Assembly (NCBI RefSeq): GCF_001194135.2
Contig: NC_069001.1
Coordinates: 37,058,165-37,122,164 of the forward strand
Direction of reading: 5' to 3'
Length of the DNA: 64,000 nucleotides
Source of the DNA: Octopus bimaculoides
Taxonomy: Eukaryota
Below, piece by piece: positions 13,930-27,419 of the stretch. The notes beneath the pieces are model-generated. The model was given only the letters and a program-made list of their open reading frames with translations, was not told the origin of the DNA and made no database searches. The translations under genes were made by a program, and so were the position numbers. Each line of letters opens with the position of its first letter. Within the stretch, counting starts at the first letter, position 1.

Positions 13930-15045
13930 TCAATTACATAGTTTTTCTCCCGTATGAATACACTTGTGCCTAGCTAAGCTACCTGTGTGGGAGAATGATT
14001 TATTGCAGATAGCACAGTGGTATGGTTTCTCACCTGTATGAATGCGTTTGTGTCTAGTTGCATTACTACTTTTAGAAAAGGTTTTACCACAGATATCACA
14101 GCGATATGGCTTCTCACCAGTATGAATACGTTTGTGTTTAGTTAAGTGACTTCTTTCAGAGAAAAATTTATCACAGACATCACAGGGAAATGGCTTCTGT
14201 CCTGTATGAATACGTTTGTGTTTTGCTAAGTTACCTGGATCAGATAATGATTTACCACAGATGTCACAGTGATATGGTTTCTCTCCAGTATGAATGTGTC
14301 TGTGGACAGTTAATTCCCCACTTGCAACAAATGCTTTACCACAGATATCACAGAGGTATGGCTTTTCTCCTGTATGAATGCGTTTATGGATAGTTAATTG
14401 ACTATTTGCAGAGAATGATTTACCACAGATATCACAGTGATATGGCTTCTCTCCTGTATGGATGCGTTTGTGACTGGTTAAGTGACTACTTCCAGTGAAT
14501 GACTTACCACAGATATCACAATGGTATGGTTTCTCTCCAGTATGAATGCGTGTGTGGGTAGTTAATTCACTACTTCCAGAGAATGATTTACCACAAATAT
14601 CACAGTGATATGGTTTCTCTCCAGTATGAATGCGTTTGTGGATAGTTAAGGCATTTCTATGAGAGAATAATTTCCTACAGATATCACATTGGTATGGTTT
14701 CTCTCCTGTATGGGTACGTATGTGAGTAGTCAAGTCACTACTTCGATAGAATGATTTGCTACAAATATCACAGTGATGTGGTTTCTCCCCAGTATGAATA
14801 CGTTTGTGTTTAGTTAAGACACTTTCTTCAAAGAAAGATTTACTACAAATATCACAATGATATGGTCTCTCTCCTGTATGAAAGCATTTGTGAGCAATAA
14901 GGTTACTATTTTGAGAGAATGATTTACCACACATATCACAGTGATATGATGTTTTCCCCCTGTCTTTCAGCATTTCCTCACAAAAATCCATAGTTTCAGA
15001 CTCTGTTTTGCATTTAACCTGGCTGTTTTGCAATTCATTTTCCAT
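13930..15045 (-). CDS. C2H2 zinc-finger protein Z3, 12 fingers
   Basis: The track start at 15081 is TTG; the conserved ATG ([13 protein letters not shown]) is at 15045; intact array. Confidence 0.94.
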   Translation of the reverse strand: MENELQNSQVKCKTESETMDFCEEMLKDRGKTSYHCDMCGKSFSQNSNLIAHKCFHTGERPYHCDICSKSFFEESVLTKHKRIHTGEKPHHCDICSKSFYRSSDLTTHIRTHTGEKPYQCDICRKLFSHRNALTIHKRIHTGEKPYHCDICGKSFSGSSELTTHTRIHTGEKPYHCDICGKSFTGSSHLTSHKRIHTGEKPYHCDICGKSFSANSQLTIHKRIHTGEKPYLCDICGKAFVASGELTVHRHIHTGEKPYHCDICGKSLSDPGNLAKHKRIHTGQKPFPCDVCDKFFSERSHLTKHKRIHTGEKPYRCDICGKTFSKSSNATRHKRIHTGEKPYHCAICNKSFSHTGSLARHKCIHTGEKLCN

Positions 15046-15468
15046 AGTTACTTTCCCTTTGACACTTCTGTTATATTTCAAACAACTGTGATCTTCCTCG
15101 ATACATCACTATATCACAAATTTCAAATATGTGTCAAATTCTTCTGAGGATGCCAAATTACCTTGTCACATTCTGAAATAATGGAGAAAGAGTGTAAGAC
15201 ATAGGGATTACTTAAAAGCAGAGAATCAACAGTTGAAAATTTTCTACAGTGAGCAGGAAGTAATTAAGTTGGTTATAGAGGCAGTAGAAGTTGCTTCAAG
15301 GGTCAGAAATGTGAGCCCTGGTGGGTAGTTACTGATTGGAAACAAGATATGGCTCGGTGGAACCGAAATGAAACCAGAAGTGATGACAGTGACATCCCGT
15401 AATTGCAATTCAACACTATAGGACATACCAATGCAGCCAATACATAAACATACATATATTTAATAGCC

Positions 15469-15514
<46 letters not shown>

Positions 15515-15630
15515 TTAAAGAATGGAATAAACGCATATTATAACTGCATAATGTGCTACCCTGGTATCTATTAACCAATTTATTTTATCCGAGTTATTTA
15601 TTACTAGGAGAAAATAAAGACATATAATAA

Positions 15631-15666
<36 letters not shown>

Positions 15667-16112
15667 CAAGATGGAAACAATCACATTTACGAGAAAATAT
15701 AAGCCATTGATGTACGAAATGAGATTCATAATTTTTTCTCAGTCTCTAAATTTGTTTCGTCATCATGTGGATCAACAAAATTGAATGGTTCACAACTTCA
15801 TAATAGAAGTTGCCGAGATCCACATAAGAAACCCACCCATCGGATATCAAACGTGTTTTATAAAATTTTGGTATATCACTTGTCACTTCCGGTTTCTATC
15901 GCAATTTTACTTTCATTTTTTACGGACAACTTACTTTCACTATTTTACGATGATAAACGGCCTTTTAAGCAAATACAGATGTAAAATCTGACCTGAACCA
16001 TTCAAATTTTACTTCTTGATTTAAAATTACATCATACAACCCTGTTTGAAATGAGCATATTTACAGACTACAACTTTAGATTGTGTAACATTACACATGT
16101 GTTAAACTATAG

Positions 16113-16284
16113 CAGGGGTCCCTCAACTTTTTACACCATCGACCCCTTCAAAGAATCCTTAACTCTTCATCGACCCCCAGGCATGTACAAGATAATAAAA
16201 TTGATGTGCTGCTATGCATATATTGACCCCTTGAATAGTCCCACCGACCCCAGGGGTCGATATCGAACACTTTAGAGATACCTG
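16113..16284. mobile_element. hAT-type MITE
   Basis: CAGG...CCTG imperfect TIRs, internal GACCCC repeats, 8-bp TSD AACTATAG / AACTATAA (7 of 8). Confidence 0.7.
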
Positions 16285-16723
16285 AACTATAAAATAGTGG
16301 ATGTTAACATTCTTCTGAGTCCAGAGAGGTCACTGATTGTCATAGAGTCACCGGTAAAATGTGATTAAACCCACGTTTAAAGGGGTGCAACGAATTTGAT
16401 GACATCAAACAAAACGAAACATAATATCAATGAAAGATGGGGGAAAAACAGGAGGAAATCAAGAGGTCAACATGAACAAAAGATACTCTAAGTATGAATT
16501 ACAACAAATTTTTTGAGGAAATCGATGACAGTGGGAATGTGTTAACCTGAATGCAGAACTAGTACTACATGAATAATGCAATATAATAGGTATATGTAAA
16601 TATTACAGTACAGTAAATAAATAGGATTACTTTACCGTGATTCAGCTAACAAAAATATTCTTTGCATGGTTGAGATTGGAATAAAAATATTGTTTAGCTG
16701 TCAATCGGAGTGATGCTTTCTGT

Positions 16724-16745
16724 CAATATCCGGTTGAACATGCGC
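16724..16745 (-). promoter_or_regulatory. Conserved upstream element, copy 4 (Z3)
   Basis: CAATATCCGGTTGAACATGCGC; a partial second copy CCGGTTGAGCA at 16770-16780. Confidence 0.8.
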
Positions 16746-17766
16746 ACGCATGGCGAACGAACTTTTTTGCCGGTTGAGCAGGATACAAGCGGGGCTTGTC
16801 TGTGTCCAATAACCATTCTTCCATTCCGTTATCGATGTGGGCGAGCGCGCGTGTATATCTATCTATCTGTGTGTTTCTATTTAGCATGCAGTTTAGTGTT
16901 GTAAAAAAGTGAAAGTAAACTTTGACGCCTGTGTCATACCACAATTTCGTGAACACAGGCACCCGGTTGTGTGATATATTGTAGTGGTAGTACAGGCATT
17001 TCGGAAGTAGCAGTTGAGGTACACTGCTGTAATGTCGTATACCCAACAGCACCAGAGAAAATCTTCACGGAGGCGTTTGTTATCTTATGGGTGGGCTTCC
17101 TGGAGTGAGTTCATATATAGTTGTAAAGCTCTGAAACATTCCTCAATTTTTGTTCATCCAATGATGGGAGAATCCATACGCAAACGGTTGAAGGGCGGCG
17201 AATGCTACACACACACACACACACATAGTGCACAGGCATCGTACAATCTGCCCTAAGTTTTGAATTAAAATCTTCCACCAAACCTTAGTCACAATTTATG
17301 TTCCTTAAACTAGCTGAATGATAACTAAGTTATTTTACTAAATTCTTTATTATATTTGCAGTAACTGAAAGAAACACAGAGCATCTCAAAATAAATACAG
17401 TAACAAAAGGGTTAATTAATTTTTTATTTCACTTCCTTCCTAATGGTGTTACTCTGTTATCTTTCTGTTCTGGAATTATGTTAGATGGAATACAAGTTAC
17501 TATTCTGAAACAAAGTAATTATTTACAACATCACAGTAATATGTTATCTCAGTAAAGTAGCTACAGTTACGGTTATATTATATATAGTGTTAAAAAGTTA
17601 TCACACAATTGTCTTTCCACTGAGAATACTTTTGTGGTGATAGGAAAAGTATCATTTATAGTAGAATTTGACACTGATCGGTTTATACCTGTAGAAATGC
17701 AGATATTTGTAGTGAAGTGACATTCTTTGAGAAACTGATTTACTACCCATATCAGTTATAAGGCTT

Positions 17767-18415
17767 GGATCTTGTTCAAAACGGGGGCAGCAGTATTTTC
17801 TTAACGAAACACTTTGAAACTTGGGACACTGGTAGAATGTGTCATATAAAACATCTTTTTCTCTTAGTCTTCTTAACAAAAGAAAACGTACATCGCAAGT
17901 TATTTCATGTTAAAATTGTCGTATTTCTGTAATTTCAACCAATCACTGACGTCTATTCAGCTGTATACATTAAGTGCTGACTACGTAAACAAACGATTCT
18001 CGCGGTGATAAAATTATTTCCTTGTCAAAAAATGGCTGAAGCATATTGGCAGTAGCTAATAAACCTTTCTATTATAGGCACAAGGCATGGTTTTTGAGGG
18101 AAGGAGCAAGTGGGTTAGGGAAAACGAACACACGTGTGTTGTCTCTGCAAAATGTCAGAAGTAATGGAGATTAAATACGCTTTACACCGCTTAAACTGCC
18201 AAAGGAGTAAGTATAAACAGCTGAATACTTGTCAGTGATTGGTTGAAATTATCGAAATAAGACAATTTTTTACATGAAATAAATTCGAATACAAAAATTA
18301 TTTTCTGTTCTATAACACAAAATAGATAAGTATACGAAGTTTGAAAGTCTTTCGGTACCAAAAACACTACATAAAACATAAATGAAAACTGGTGCCCCCG
18401 TTTTGAACAAGATCC
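17767..18415. mobile_element. Non-autonomous DNA transposon (GGATC termini), Merlin-like; inserted at the 3' end of Z4
   Basis: 22-bp perfect TIR GGATCTTGTTCAAAACGGGGGC; 8-bp TSD TAAGGCTT at 17759..17766 and 18416..18423. Confidence 0.9.
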
Positions 18416-20187
18416 TAAGGCTTTTCTCTTGTATGAAGATCCTTGTGTCTAGAGAAGCTGCCAGTGTCAGATAGTGATTTGCCACAGATATCACAAAGAT
18501 AAGGCTTCTCTCCTGTATGAATACGTTTGTGCTTATTTAAGTCACTACTTTGAGAGAATGATTTATCACAGATATCACAATGATATGGCTTCTCTCCCGT
18601 ATGTACACGAATGTGAGTTGTCAAGTAACTACTTCTAGAGAAGGATTTACCACAGATGTCACAGTTATATGGTTTTTCTCCTGTATGAACTCGTTTGTGT
18701 CTAGTTAAATCGCCATTCTGAGAGAATGAATTGCCACAAATATCACAGTGATATGGTTTCTCCCCCGTATGAATGCGTTTGTGTCTAGTTAGGAAACTTC
18801 CTTCAGAGAAAGATTTACCGCAGATATCACAGTGATATGGTTCCTCTCCTGTATGAATTCGTTTGTGTCTTGTTAACTCACTACTTTGAGAATATGATTT
18901 ACCACAAATATCGCAGTGATATGGTTTCTCTCCTGTATGAATACGTTTGTGTTTAGTTAAATCCCCATTTCGAGAGAATGATTTACCACATATATCACAA
19001 CAAAATGGCTTCTCTCCTGTATGAGTCCGTCCATGCCTAGTAAAGTCACTACTTCCAGAAAAGGATTTACCACAGATATCACAATGATATGGTTTCTCCC
19101 TTGAATATTCTTCAGCAGTTGATTTACCTGAGTGTAACAATGATTTACCACAGATATCAGTACAATTCTGCTTGTCTCCAGTATGAATGCGTTTGTGTTT
19201 AGTCACTTCTGAATTTTGAGAAAATGATTTACCACAGATATTACAGTGAAATGGTTTTTCTCCTGTATGAATACGTTTATGTCGAGTTAACTCACTACTT
19301 TCAGAGAATGATTTGCTACAGATATCACAACAATATGGCTTCTCTCCTGTATGAATTCGTGTGTGTTTAGTTAAATCTCCAGTTTGAGAGAATGATTTAC
19401 CACATATCTCACAGTGATATGGCTTCTCTCCTGTATGAATACGTTTATGCTTAGACAAGTCTCCATTTCGAGAGAATGATTTACCACAGATATCACAGTG
19501 ATAAGGCCTCTCTCCCGTATGAATGCGTTTGTGTTTAGGTAAGTTAGATTTTCGAGAGAATAATTTACCACAGATATCACAGTGATATGGCTTCTCTCCT
19601 GTATGAATACGTTTGTGACAAGTTAAGTTACCACTATGGGAAAATGATTTACCACAGATATCACAGTGATATGGTTTCTCTCCTGTATGAATAAGTTTGT
19701 GCTTATCTAAGACATATGGATTTGAGAAGGATTTATTGCAGATGTTACAGCAATATGGCTTCTCTCCTGTATGAATGCTTTTGTGAAAAGTTAAGCGATT
19801 TCTTTGAGAAAATGATTTATCACAGATGTCACAGTGATATGGCTTCTCTCCAGTATGAATACGTTTGTGAGCACTTAATGCAGTACTCTGGGAGAATGAT
19901 TTCACACACACATCACACTGATATACTTTTATTCCTGTATGAATGCGTTTGTGAATAGTTAAGACATTTGTATGGGAAAATGATTTACCACAGATATTAC
20001 AGTGATATGGTTTTTCTCCACTATGTTTTCTTTTGTGAGTAAGGATACTTTTTTGAGAGAATGACCTCTTAAAGATATCACACTTGTATGATGTTTTTTG
20101 TATCTCTTCCGTCATCTCATCAGCAAAATTATTTGTTTGTGGCTCAGTTTTAATCCCAATTGGTTCTTCATAGAATTTACTCTCCAT
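18415..20187 (-). CDS. C2H2 zinc-finger protein Z4, 20 finger units (units 1 and 12 defective)
   Basis: ATG start with [15 protein letters not shown] leader; the TAG stop overlaps the transposon junction. Confidence 0.94.
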   Translation of the reverse strand: MESKFYEEPIGIKTEPQTNNFADEMTEEIQKTSYKCDIFKRSFSQKSILTHKRKHSGEKPYHCNICGKSFSHTNVLTIHKRIHTGIKVYQCDVCVKSFSQSTALSAHKRIHTGEKPYHCDICDKSFSQRNRLTFHKSIHTGEKPYCCNICNKSFSNPYVLDKHKLIHTGEKPYHCDICGKSFSHSGNLTCHKRIHTGEKPYHCDICGKLFSRKSNLPKHKRIHTGERPYHCDICGKSFSRNGDLSKHKRIHTGEKPYHCEICGKSFSQTGDLTKHTRIHTGEKPYCCDICSKSFSESSELTRHKRIHTGEKPFHCNICGKSFSQNSEVTKHKRIHTGDKQNCTDICGKSLLHSGKSTAEEYSREKPYHCDICGKSFSGSSDFTRHGRTHTGEKPFCCDICGKSFSRNGDLTKHKRIHTGEKPYHCDICGKSYSQSSELTRHKRIHTGEEPYHCDICGKSFSEGSFLTRHKRIHTGEKPYHCDICGNSFSQNGDLTRHKRVHTGEKPYNCDICGKSFSRSSYLTTHIRVHTGEKPYHCDICDKSFSQSSDLNKHKRIHTGEKPYLCDICGKSLSDTGSFSRHKDLHTREKP

Positions 20188-21059
20188 AGTTATTATTCCT
20201 TTAGCACTGCTTTAGTTTATATTTCCATCAACTGTAAATCGTTTTTTAAGAATGAAGATACCACAAACTCTTTGTAGATGTTTCCAAGTTTATTCCAGAC
20301 AGTGAAGTAGAATTTTGCTGATAATCTCAGTTCACAAGGAATATTTCACACCAATTCAAACATAGATTTATACACACAGGTTGTATCTGGAGAGCCCAAT
20401 ATCTTCCTCCAGTCTTTAAAAGTTGATAAATATTGTCCATACATCGGATATTTCTGAAATAATAGAGAAACAATTTAAGTGAAAGAGGATATTTAAAAGT
20501 AGGCACAGCATTGGAAAATTTACTACATTTCTAAATTGATAAACTGGAGATATAAACATTTATATGGACAATCGAGGTTTACTTGAAATATACATATTTT
20601 CAAACTACAGTTACATCCTAAGGCTGTGTAATATGTCAACTTAAAGAAAGTAGTTGTAGACAGACGAAAGTAAAGCCTTATCAAGGCCCGTAACTCTCAA
20701 ATGATGACACCACTAGCAATAATAAACAACGATTTCACTGAAAATATATCACAACACCTTCTGATTCTCTAACACACACACATATATATATATATACGGC
20801 GATCTTTATGTATATACACTCGCACATATATATAAGCAGCCCAACAGCAGTTCGTAACATTCTGTTCTGTTGTTTTTTTTATAGCCCTAGGTCAGTCCTG
20901 GCTGAGCAGACTTGTGACCAAATATTGTTTTTAGGGGAGTCACGAATTTTATGACAAAACATTAACCAAAGAAACAATACAATGATAAAAAAAAAAAAAC
21001 ACCGATAATATCAAGAAATCAGCGACAAAAAATACCTAATATAAATCCTTTCAAGAAAG

Positions 21060-21170
21060 CTTGAAACTTTGGGAAGGGAGCTAGTCGATTCCAGCGACCC
21101 ACTACTCGACTTGTACTTAATTTATCGACCCCGTAAAGATGAAAGGCGGGGTCGGCCTCGGCTGAATTAC
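21060..21170 (-). mobile_element. SINE core fragment in Z4 intron next to the exon-1 donor
   Basis: AGTCGATT..CGACCC..GTACTTAATTTATCGACCCC..GATGAAAGGC; the reverse complement of the fragment at 58350-58470. Confidence 0.6.
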
Positions 21171-21490
21171 CTGGTACACCTCGTATAAATAACAATGTCA
21201 GGAAGACTGATCGCGGACAAATGTATTACTGAAGCGATAATTAGTGTTTATATATATATATATTTATTTGTTATAATGTTATATATATATAACATTATAA
21301 AATATATATATAATATGATGTATAAATATGATTACCTGGCACTGTCATGGTATTAGCTGTCAGAAGTGAAGGAAGACAGTGCCGATTACCTTTCTATCAG
21401 CATCTATCTCACGCGAAATGATTTCTTTACAAATATGTAATTTAATTATGCGTATAATTACAGTAATCTTCGGCTTAAAGTGTCTGTAGT

Positions 21491-21512
21491 CAATATCCGG
21501 TTGAACATGCGC
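21491..21512 (-). promoter_or_regulatory. Conserved upstream element, copy 5 (Z4)
   Basis: CAATATCCGGTTGAACATGCGC; donor ACGAG|GTGTAC at 21180/21179; acceptor at 20455-20454. Confidence 0.8.
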
Positions 21513-22554
21513 ATATTCAACCAGAAATTCACTTTGGACAACCAACAAGCACCACAGTAACGAAAACAATATTCTGTCAAAGACATCGATCACATACTTG
21601 TAGGCTGTTTGTGTGTCTGACTCAGGCAGAATTAGGAGAGAAAAAAAAAAAGGCAATCTCTCGTTTTTGGTCTCAAACTTGCGATGATTGCTTGTGAATT
21701 TCTGTAAAATGTTTTATTTATTTAGTTTTGTTTTCATGACATGTAGAAGGCGACATTAGCTTTGAAGTCTGAGAGAAATGAAACAAACGCTATCGCCCCC
21801 ACCCCCGCTGTTTTCATGTTGATGACTTGAACAGTGAAACATTCGCACAATGTGTTTATATGTATTTATGTATATACCAAAGATAATGGTTGTGCGTGCG
21901 CATGAGCGTGTTCAGCTCTATGTATTTGTATTCACTCACACTCGCACAATGAATATATGTACGTGTGTATGAAAGATAATGGTTGTACGTGTGTGTTTCT
22001 GTTCTGTTTTCAATTATTTAAATTCTTCCTCTGAATCAGAAGCTGATTTCTAACAAATATACAAAGCAGGATCGTTGGAAAGAACATAATAAAACCAATG
22101 TCGCATTTTAAACTTGAGAAAAGCCTTGAAAACTTATAATGTGCAAGTTATGTATGTGTGCGTGTGTGTGTGTACATGTATATGTTTTGTGCATCTCTGT
22201 GTATGTGGCCAGGGTTCGTTCTTACCTACTTAATCTATGTAAAATCCGGAAACTTTGCTGCGTATGTAAAATCCAGGTTAGCATGCACTTTTCTGTTTTA
22301 AAACAGTTTAAGTAAATTTACGAAACGAAATCAATGTCGAAAAAGCCGTATTAATGATAACAGACGATTTATTATTATGATTTGTTTGGAATAAAATGTC
22401 ATTGTTTGTGTGGTAGTAATTTTTTCTTTCTTTTGGTTCAAACTCTTGGTTTAGTTAAAAAACAAAACAAAACATTAAACAAAATTTGGCTGCCACTTTT
22501 CAATTTTTGTTTCAATTGATTTCATAATGTGAAAATGTGTGTGTATAGACACAA

Positions 22555-22760
22555 GGTGTACAAGATATTTGAGGACAGATGGATGTTTATAAAAAAAACA
22601 GCTATATAATAACAGATAATAACTTTATTTATCAAAATATACTCTGAGGTTAAAAATAAACCTTCTTTTCTATAATGTTATTCAATAAAGTCACCTTCAG
22701 CTTCAACAACTGCTTCTATATGAGATCTAAATCATCTACATGTTAATAAATAGTATATTA
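22555..22760 (-). mobile_element. Short Tc1/mariner-like 3' remnant
   Basis: Minus strand reads ..SHIEAVVEAEGDFIE*, typical of Tc1/mariner C-termini; TIR-like ACAAGGTGTACAA at the left end. Confidence 0.45.
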
Positions 22761-22799
22761 TCTCAGACAGTGGTAGTTATCCATGTTTCAACAAAATAA

Positions 22800-23696
22800 T
22801 GTTGCAATGATAATTCATCGCAAATGTCAGTTATATTTTGATGTGTATGAATATATTTGTCTCTTTAAGCTACCTGTTTAAGAGAATGATTAACCACAAA
22901 CATCAGTGTTCCTCTTTTGTATAGATATGTTTGTGTTTAGTTAACTTAATTGAGTTTGAAAATTTGTTAGATATCACAATTGACATGTATTACCCACCTT
23001 ATGAATGCAATTATATTTAGTAAAAATGACTTTGATGAGAGAATAATTTACTACAGATATTACAGTGATATGGCTTGTCTCTTGTATGAAAACGTTGTAA
23101 GACGTTTTTATGATAGAAAGTATCTCAAGTATGACAGTGATATGATTTCTGTCATACATGAATGTTTGTGAGTAGTTAAGATAACAATCTGTGACAATGA
23201 TTTACCACATCCCACTGTGATATGGCTTCTTTTCTATTTGTGAATGATTAAAGTATTTTTACTCGAGAAGGATTTGCCACAGGTTTCACATGTGGCTTTT
23301 CTCCTGTGTAGTTATGTTTGTGTTTAGTTGAATGACCTGGGTTTAAATATGATTTGCCTCAGACACCACTGAGACAAGGTTTCTCTCTGTATGAATGTGC
23401 TTATGTGTTTTTAAGTTACCTGCTTGAGAGAATGATTTACCACACACATCACACTGATATGGCTTCTCACCTGTATGAATACGGCTGTGCACAGTTAAAG
23501 CATTTCTATAAGAGAATGATTTATCACAGATCTCACACTGATATGGCTTTTCTCTTCTGTGGATATGTTTGTGTTTAGTTAACTGACTTCTGTTAGAGAA
23601 GGGTTTCCCACAGATATTGCAGTTATATGACCTATCAACTGTATGCACACATTTGTATCTAGTTAAGACTTTTTGAGAGAATGATTTACCAGACAT
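22800..23696 (-). pseudogene. Frameshifted and decaying continuation of the Z5 finger array
   Basis: ORF 23343..23696 holds 3 intact fingers in a different frame (2-nt deletion TGTGGT>TGGT at ~23690); progressively eroded fingers continue to ~22800. Confidence 0.85.
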
Positions 23697-26163
23697 TACA
23701 GTGACTTGGCTTCTGTTCTGTATGAATTTGTTTGTGTATTGTTAAGAGACTCCAACAGGAGAATGATTTACCACAGATATTACAGTGATATGGCAATCCT
23801 CCACTATGAGTCAGTTTATGCTTTGAGTAGCGGCCAGGATCAGAGAATGATTTACTGCAGATATTACAATGATATGGCTTCTCTCCTGTGTGAATGCGTT
23901 TGTGAGTAGTTAAGTTACCTGCCTGAGAGAATGATTTACCACAGATATCACACTGATATGGTTTCTCACCAGTATGAATGCGTATGTGTATAATTAAGGC
24001 ATTTCTATGAGAAAATGATTTACCACAAATATCACAGTGATATGGCTTCTCTGTTGTATGAATGAGTTTGTTTGTAGTTAAGTCAGTTGGGACAGAAAAA
24101 GATTTACTGCCGTTATTACAAGAATATAGTTCTACTCTTTTGTGTTTGGGTTTGTGAGAAGTAAAGTTATCAGTTTGAGAGAATGATTTATCATATACAT
24201 TGCACTGATTTGTTGTCTCTCCTGCATGAATACGCATGTGTATAGTTAAAGAATTTCTACAAGAGAAGGATTTACCACAGATATCACAGTCATATAGCTT
24301 CCCACTTCTATGCGTATGTTTGTGTCTAGTTAAGGCATATTTTTGAGAGAATGGATTATTACAGATATCACAGTAATATAATTTTTCTCTTCTATGAATC
24401 AGTTTGTGTTTAGAGAAGTCACCCGGGTCAGAAAATGACTTGCTACATATCTCACAATATGGCTTCTTTCCAGTATGAATGTGTTTGTGAGTAGCTAAGT
24501 TACCTGCCTGAGTGAATGATTTACCACAGATAATACATTGATATGGCTTCTCCCCTGTATGAATGCGTATGTGTATAATTAAGGCAGTTCTATGATAAAA
24601 TGACTTATCACAGACATTACAACGATATGGCCTCTCTCCTGTATGAATGCCTTTGTGAGAAGTGAAGTGAGCTAGATTAGAGAATGATTTACCACAGATA
24701 TCACAGTGATATAGTTTCCTTTTCTTATGAATGAATTTGTGAGTCATTAAGTTATTAGTCTGAGAAAATGATTTACCACAGACATCACACTGATATGGCT
24801 TCTTTCCAGTATGAGTGCGTTTGTGAGAAGTCAAGTTACCAGCTTGTGCAAATGATTTTCCACAGATGTCACAATGATGCGGTTTCTCTCCAGTATGAAT
24901 GCGTATGTGTATAATTAAGGCTTTTCTACGAGAGAAGGATTTACCACAAATGTTACAGTGATAGGGCTTTTCTTCTGTATGAATGCGTTTGTGAAAAGTT
25001 AAGTGAGCCAGATTAGAGAATGATTTACCACAGATATCACAATAATCCAGTTTCTCTCCTATATGAATTTGTTTGTGAATAGTTAAGTTACCAGTCTGAG
25101 AGAATGATTTACCGCAGACATCACAATGATATGGCTTGTCCCCTGTATGAATACGTTTGTGTATAGTTAGGGCATTTTTATGAGAAAATGATTTACTACA
25201 GATATCACAGTGATATGGTTTTTCTCCCGTATGAATATGTTTGTGTATGGTTAAAGAATTTCTGTGAGGGAATGATTTACCACAGTATTCACAGGGATAT
25301 AACTTGTCTTCTCTATGTATATATTTATGCTTTGTAAACTGACCTGGGTCAGAGAATGATTTACCACAGACATCACAGTGATATGGTTTCTCTCCAGTAT
25401 GAACATATCTGTGAGTAGTCAAGTTACCAGCCTGAGAGAATGATTTACCACAGATATCACACTGATATGGCTTCTCTCCTGTATGAACACGTTTGTGTAT
25501 AGTTAAGAGATTTCTTTGTGAGAATGATTTACCGCAGATATTACACTGATATATCTTTCCTTCTGTATGAATGATCTTGTGTTTTGCTAAGTAACTTGGT
25601 TCAGAGAATGATTTACTGCATATATCACAGTGATATAGTTTCCCTCCTGAATGAATACGTTTATGAGTAGATAAGTTACCAGCCTGAGAGAATGATTTGC
25701 CACAGATATCACAGGGATAAGGTTTCTCTCCAGTATGAGTGCGTTTGTGTATAGTTAGAGCATTACTATGAGAAAAACATTTGCCACAGATATCACAGTG
25801 GTATGGCTTCTCTCCTTTATGAATATGTTTGTGTTTAGTTAACTCACAACTTTCAGAAAATGATTCACCACAAATATCACAGTGATATGGTCTCTCTCCT
25901 GTATGAATGTTGCAATGTTTGTTTAAGATATTTTCCTGCAAGAATGATGTATCACCAACATCGCACTTATATGGTTTCTCTTGTTTATGAAAACACATGT
26001 GTTTAGTCAAGTCTTTATTTCTAGTGAATGATTCCTTACAGATTTCACAAAGATATGGTTTGTCTCCTTTATGAACATATTTGTGACTTGTGAAGCTACT
26101 TTTTTCAGTGAATGACATTTTACAGATATCACAGTGGTACAATATTTTTCTTGTATCTTTCAA
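23686..26163 (-). CDS. C2H2 zinc-finger protein Z5, 29 finger units (3 defective); canonical start lost
   Basis: 825-codon open frame. 26163 is TTG; the family ATG position reads AGG (26236..26238); the first in-frame ATG is 26118, inside finger 1. Confidence 0.8.
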   Translation of the reverse strand: MKDTRKILYHCDICKMSFTEKSSFTSHKYVHKGDKPYLCEICKESFTRNKDLTKHMCFHKQEKPYKCDVGDTSFLQENILNKHCNIHTGERPYHCDICGESFSESCELTKHKHIHKGEKPYHCDICGKCFSHSNALTIHKRTHTGEKPYPCDICGKSFSQAGNLSTHKRIHSGGKLYHCDICSKSFSEPSYLAKHKIIHTEGKIYQCNICGKSFSQRNLLTIHKRVHTGEKPYQCDICGKSFSQAGNLTTHRYVHTGEKPYHCDVCGKSFSDPGQFTKHKYIHREDKLYPCEYCGKSFPHRNSLTIHKHIHTGEKPYHCDICSKSFSHKNALTIHKRIHTGDKPYHCDVCGKSFSQTGNLTIHKQIHIGEKLDYCDICGKSFSNLAHLTFHKRIHTEEKPYHCNICGKSFSRRKALIIHIRIHTGEKPHHCDICGKSFAQAGNLTSHKRTHTGKKPYQCDVCGKSFSQTNNLMTHKFIHKKRKLYHCDICGKSFSNLAHFTSHKGIHTGERPYRCNVCDKSFYHRTALIIHIRIHTGEKPYQCIICGKSFTQAGNLATHKHIHTGKKPYCEICSKSFSDPGDFSKHKLIHRREKLYYCDICNNPFSQKYALTRHKHTHRSGKLYDCDICGKSFSCRNSLTIHMRIHAGETTNQCNVYDKSFSQTDNFTSHKPKHKRVELYSCNNGSKSFSVPTDLTTNKLIHTTEKPYHCDICGKSFSHRNALIIHIRIHTGEKPYQCDICGKSFSQAGNLTTHKRIHTGEKPYHCNICSKSFSDPGRYSKHKLTHSGGLPYHCNICGKSFSCWSLLTIHKQIHTEQKPSHCNVW

Positions 26164-27419
26164 AATTTTATTGGGAAAAGCAATTCTTTCAGACTCTGTT
26201 AGGCATTGAGCCTGTTTCTCGCATAATTCATTTTCCCTAATTATTTTCCTTTGATCACTGGTTTTATATATTATTCCAAACAGTTGTCTCTACTGCTATA
26301 TTTGAAACAATTGTGATCTTTGTGGACATCTGAAGATGCTTTAAACTTCCTTGTAAATTTGTCTTGGTTTAATTAGAATGCAAAATCACTTTGAACACAT
26401 TCTAGACTGCAAGACTGAGAACAGTTCATAAGACTTATTTTATAGCAATTCAACTGTAAACATCTATGAACAGAAATATATCAATCCTGTACAGAATCTT
26501 TCTTTAGTCTTCAAAAATTGAGAACAATTTACAGATTTGAAGCAGAAAATTCTTTTGTGCTAGTGCTATCTGGTATTCTGAAATAAGATAGAAACAATAT
26601 AAGATATAAGAGATACTTAAAAGTAAGCGATTTAACAGTGGAAATTTTACATGTCTACACTGACAAACTGTAAATAGCTTTTAGCTAAACAGTTGAGGCT
26701 TATCTTTTAAATTTGTTTTAATATTACATCATACATCTGTGAGCAAATTTTATGTATTTACAGACTAAAGCTATTCCTTCAGTGTGGAGGAGACAGTGGC
26801 AAGAGACGGAGTGGATATAGTGAATTACAAAAAGGGGCATTGGTGGTAGAGATGGAAAAACTGCAGGCAGGCTTATCAAATAATGTGCAAATACTATTTT
26901 CTGCTAAATCCAATCCCAAGGTTTTTGGTGGTACAAAGCTGTTGTGTAAAGTGCTTGCCCTAAGAACTACAGTGGGACTGAGCCCAAAGTCATGTGATTA
27001 GGATCAATACCATATTTCTGTGGTTTTCTGACAGTAAATGTTTTCCTGACACACACACATACAAAGTGAAAGCTTTTATAATTAATGTACACACAAAGAT
27101 GGTTTCATAATCAGTACCGTCTTAAGATATGAGCACAATGGGCCATTTTTCACAGTCCCCATGAATCTTGGGGTCAAATGCTAATCTATGTAGGCTGTAG
27201 TTGTATATGTAGGGGCCTCAGTACATTGCTTCCCCTATGGACCTGTGATGTTGCTAAGATGATACCATTTATAATTTGTGTTTACACACCCAAGCATTGT
27301 ACCTCTGAACTTGCTGCTATACTCATAAAACTTTGTGTGTCTGACACACATCTATCAAATCTTCCTGCCTACAAGCTCCACCCATCTCTCATTCAATAAT
27401 GCCTTGATTACACCCATGT

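Noticed and set aside
15781-16000. Partial ETS/CCGGAT-like words (CGGATATC, CACTTCCGGT) as another copy of the cluster element
   Set aside because: The GCGCATG half and spacing are missing; it looks like a small repeat also seen near 29820-29870.
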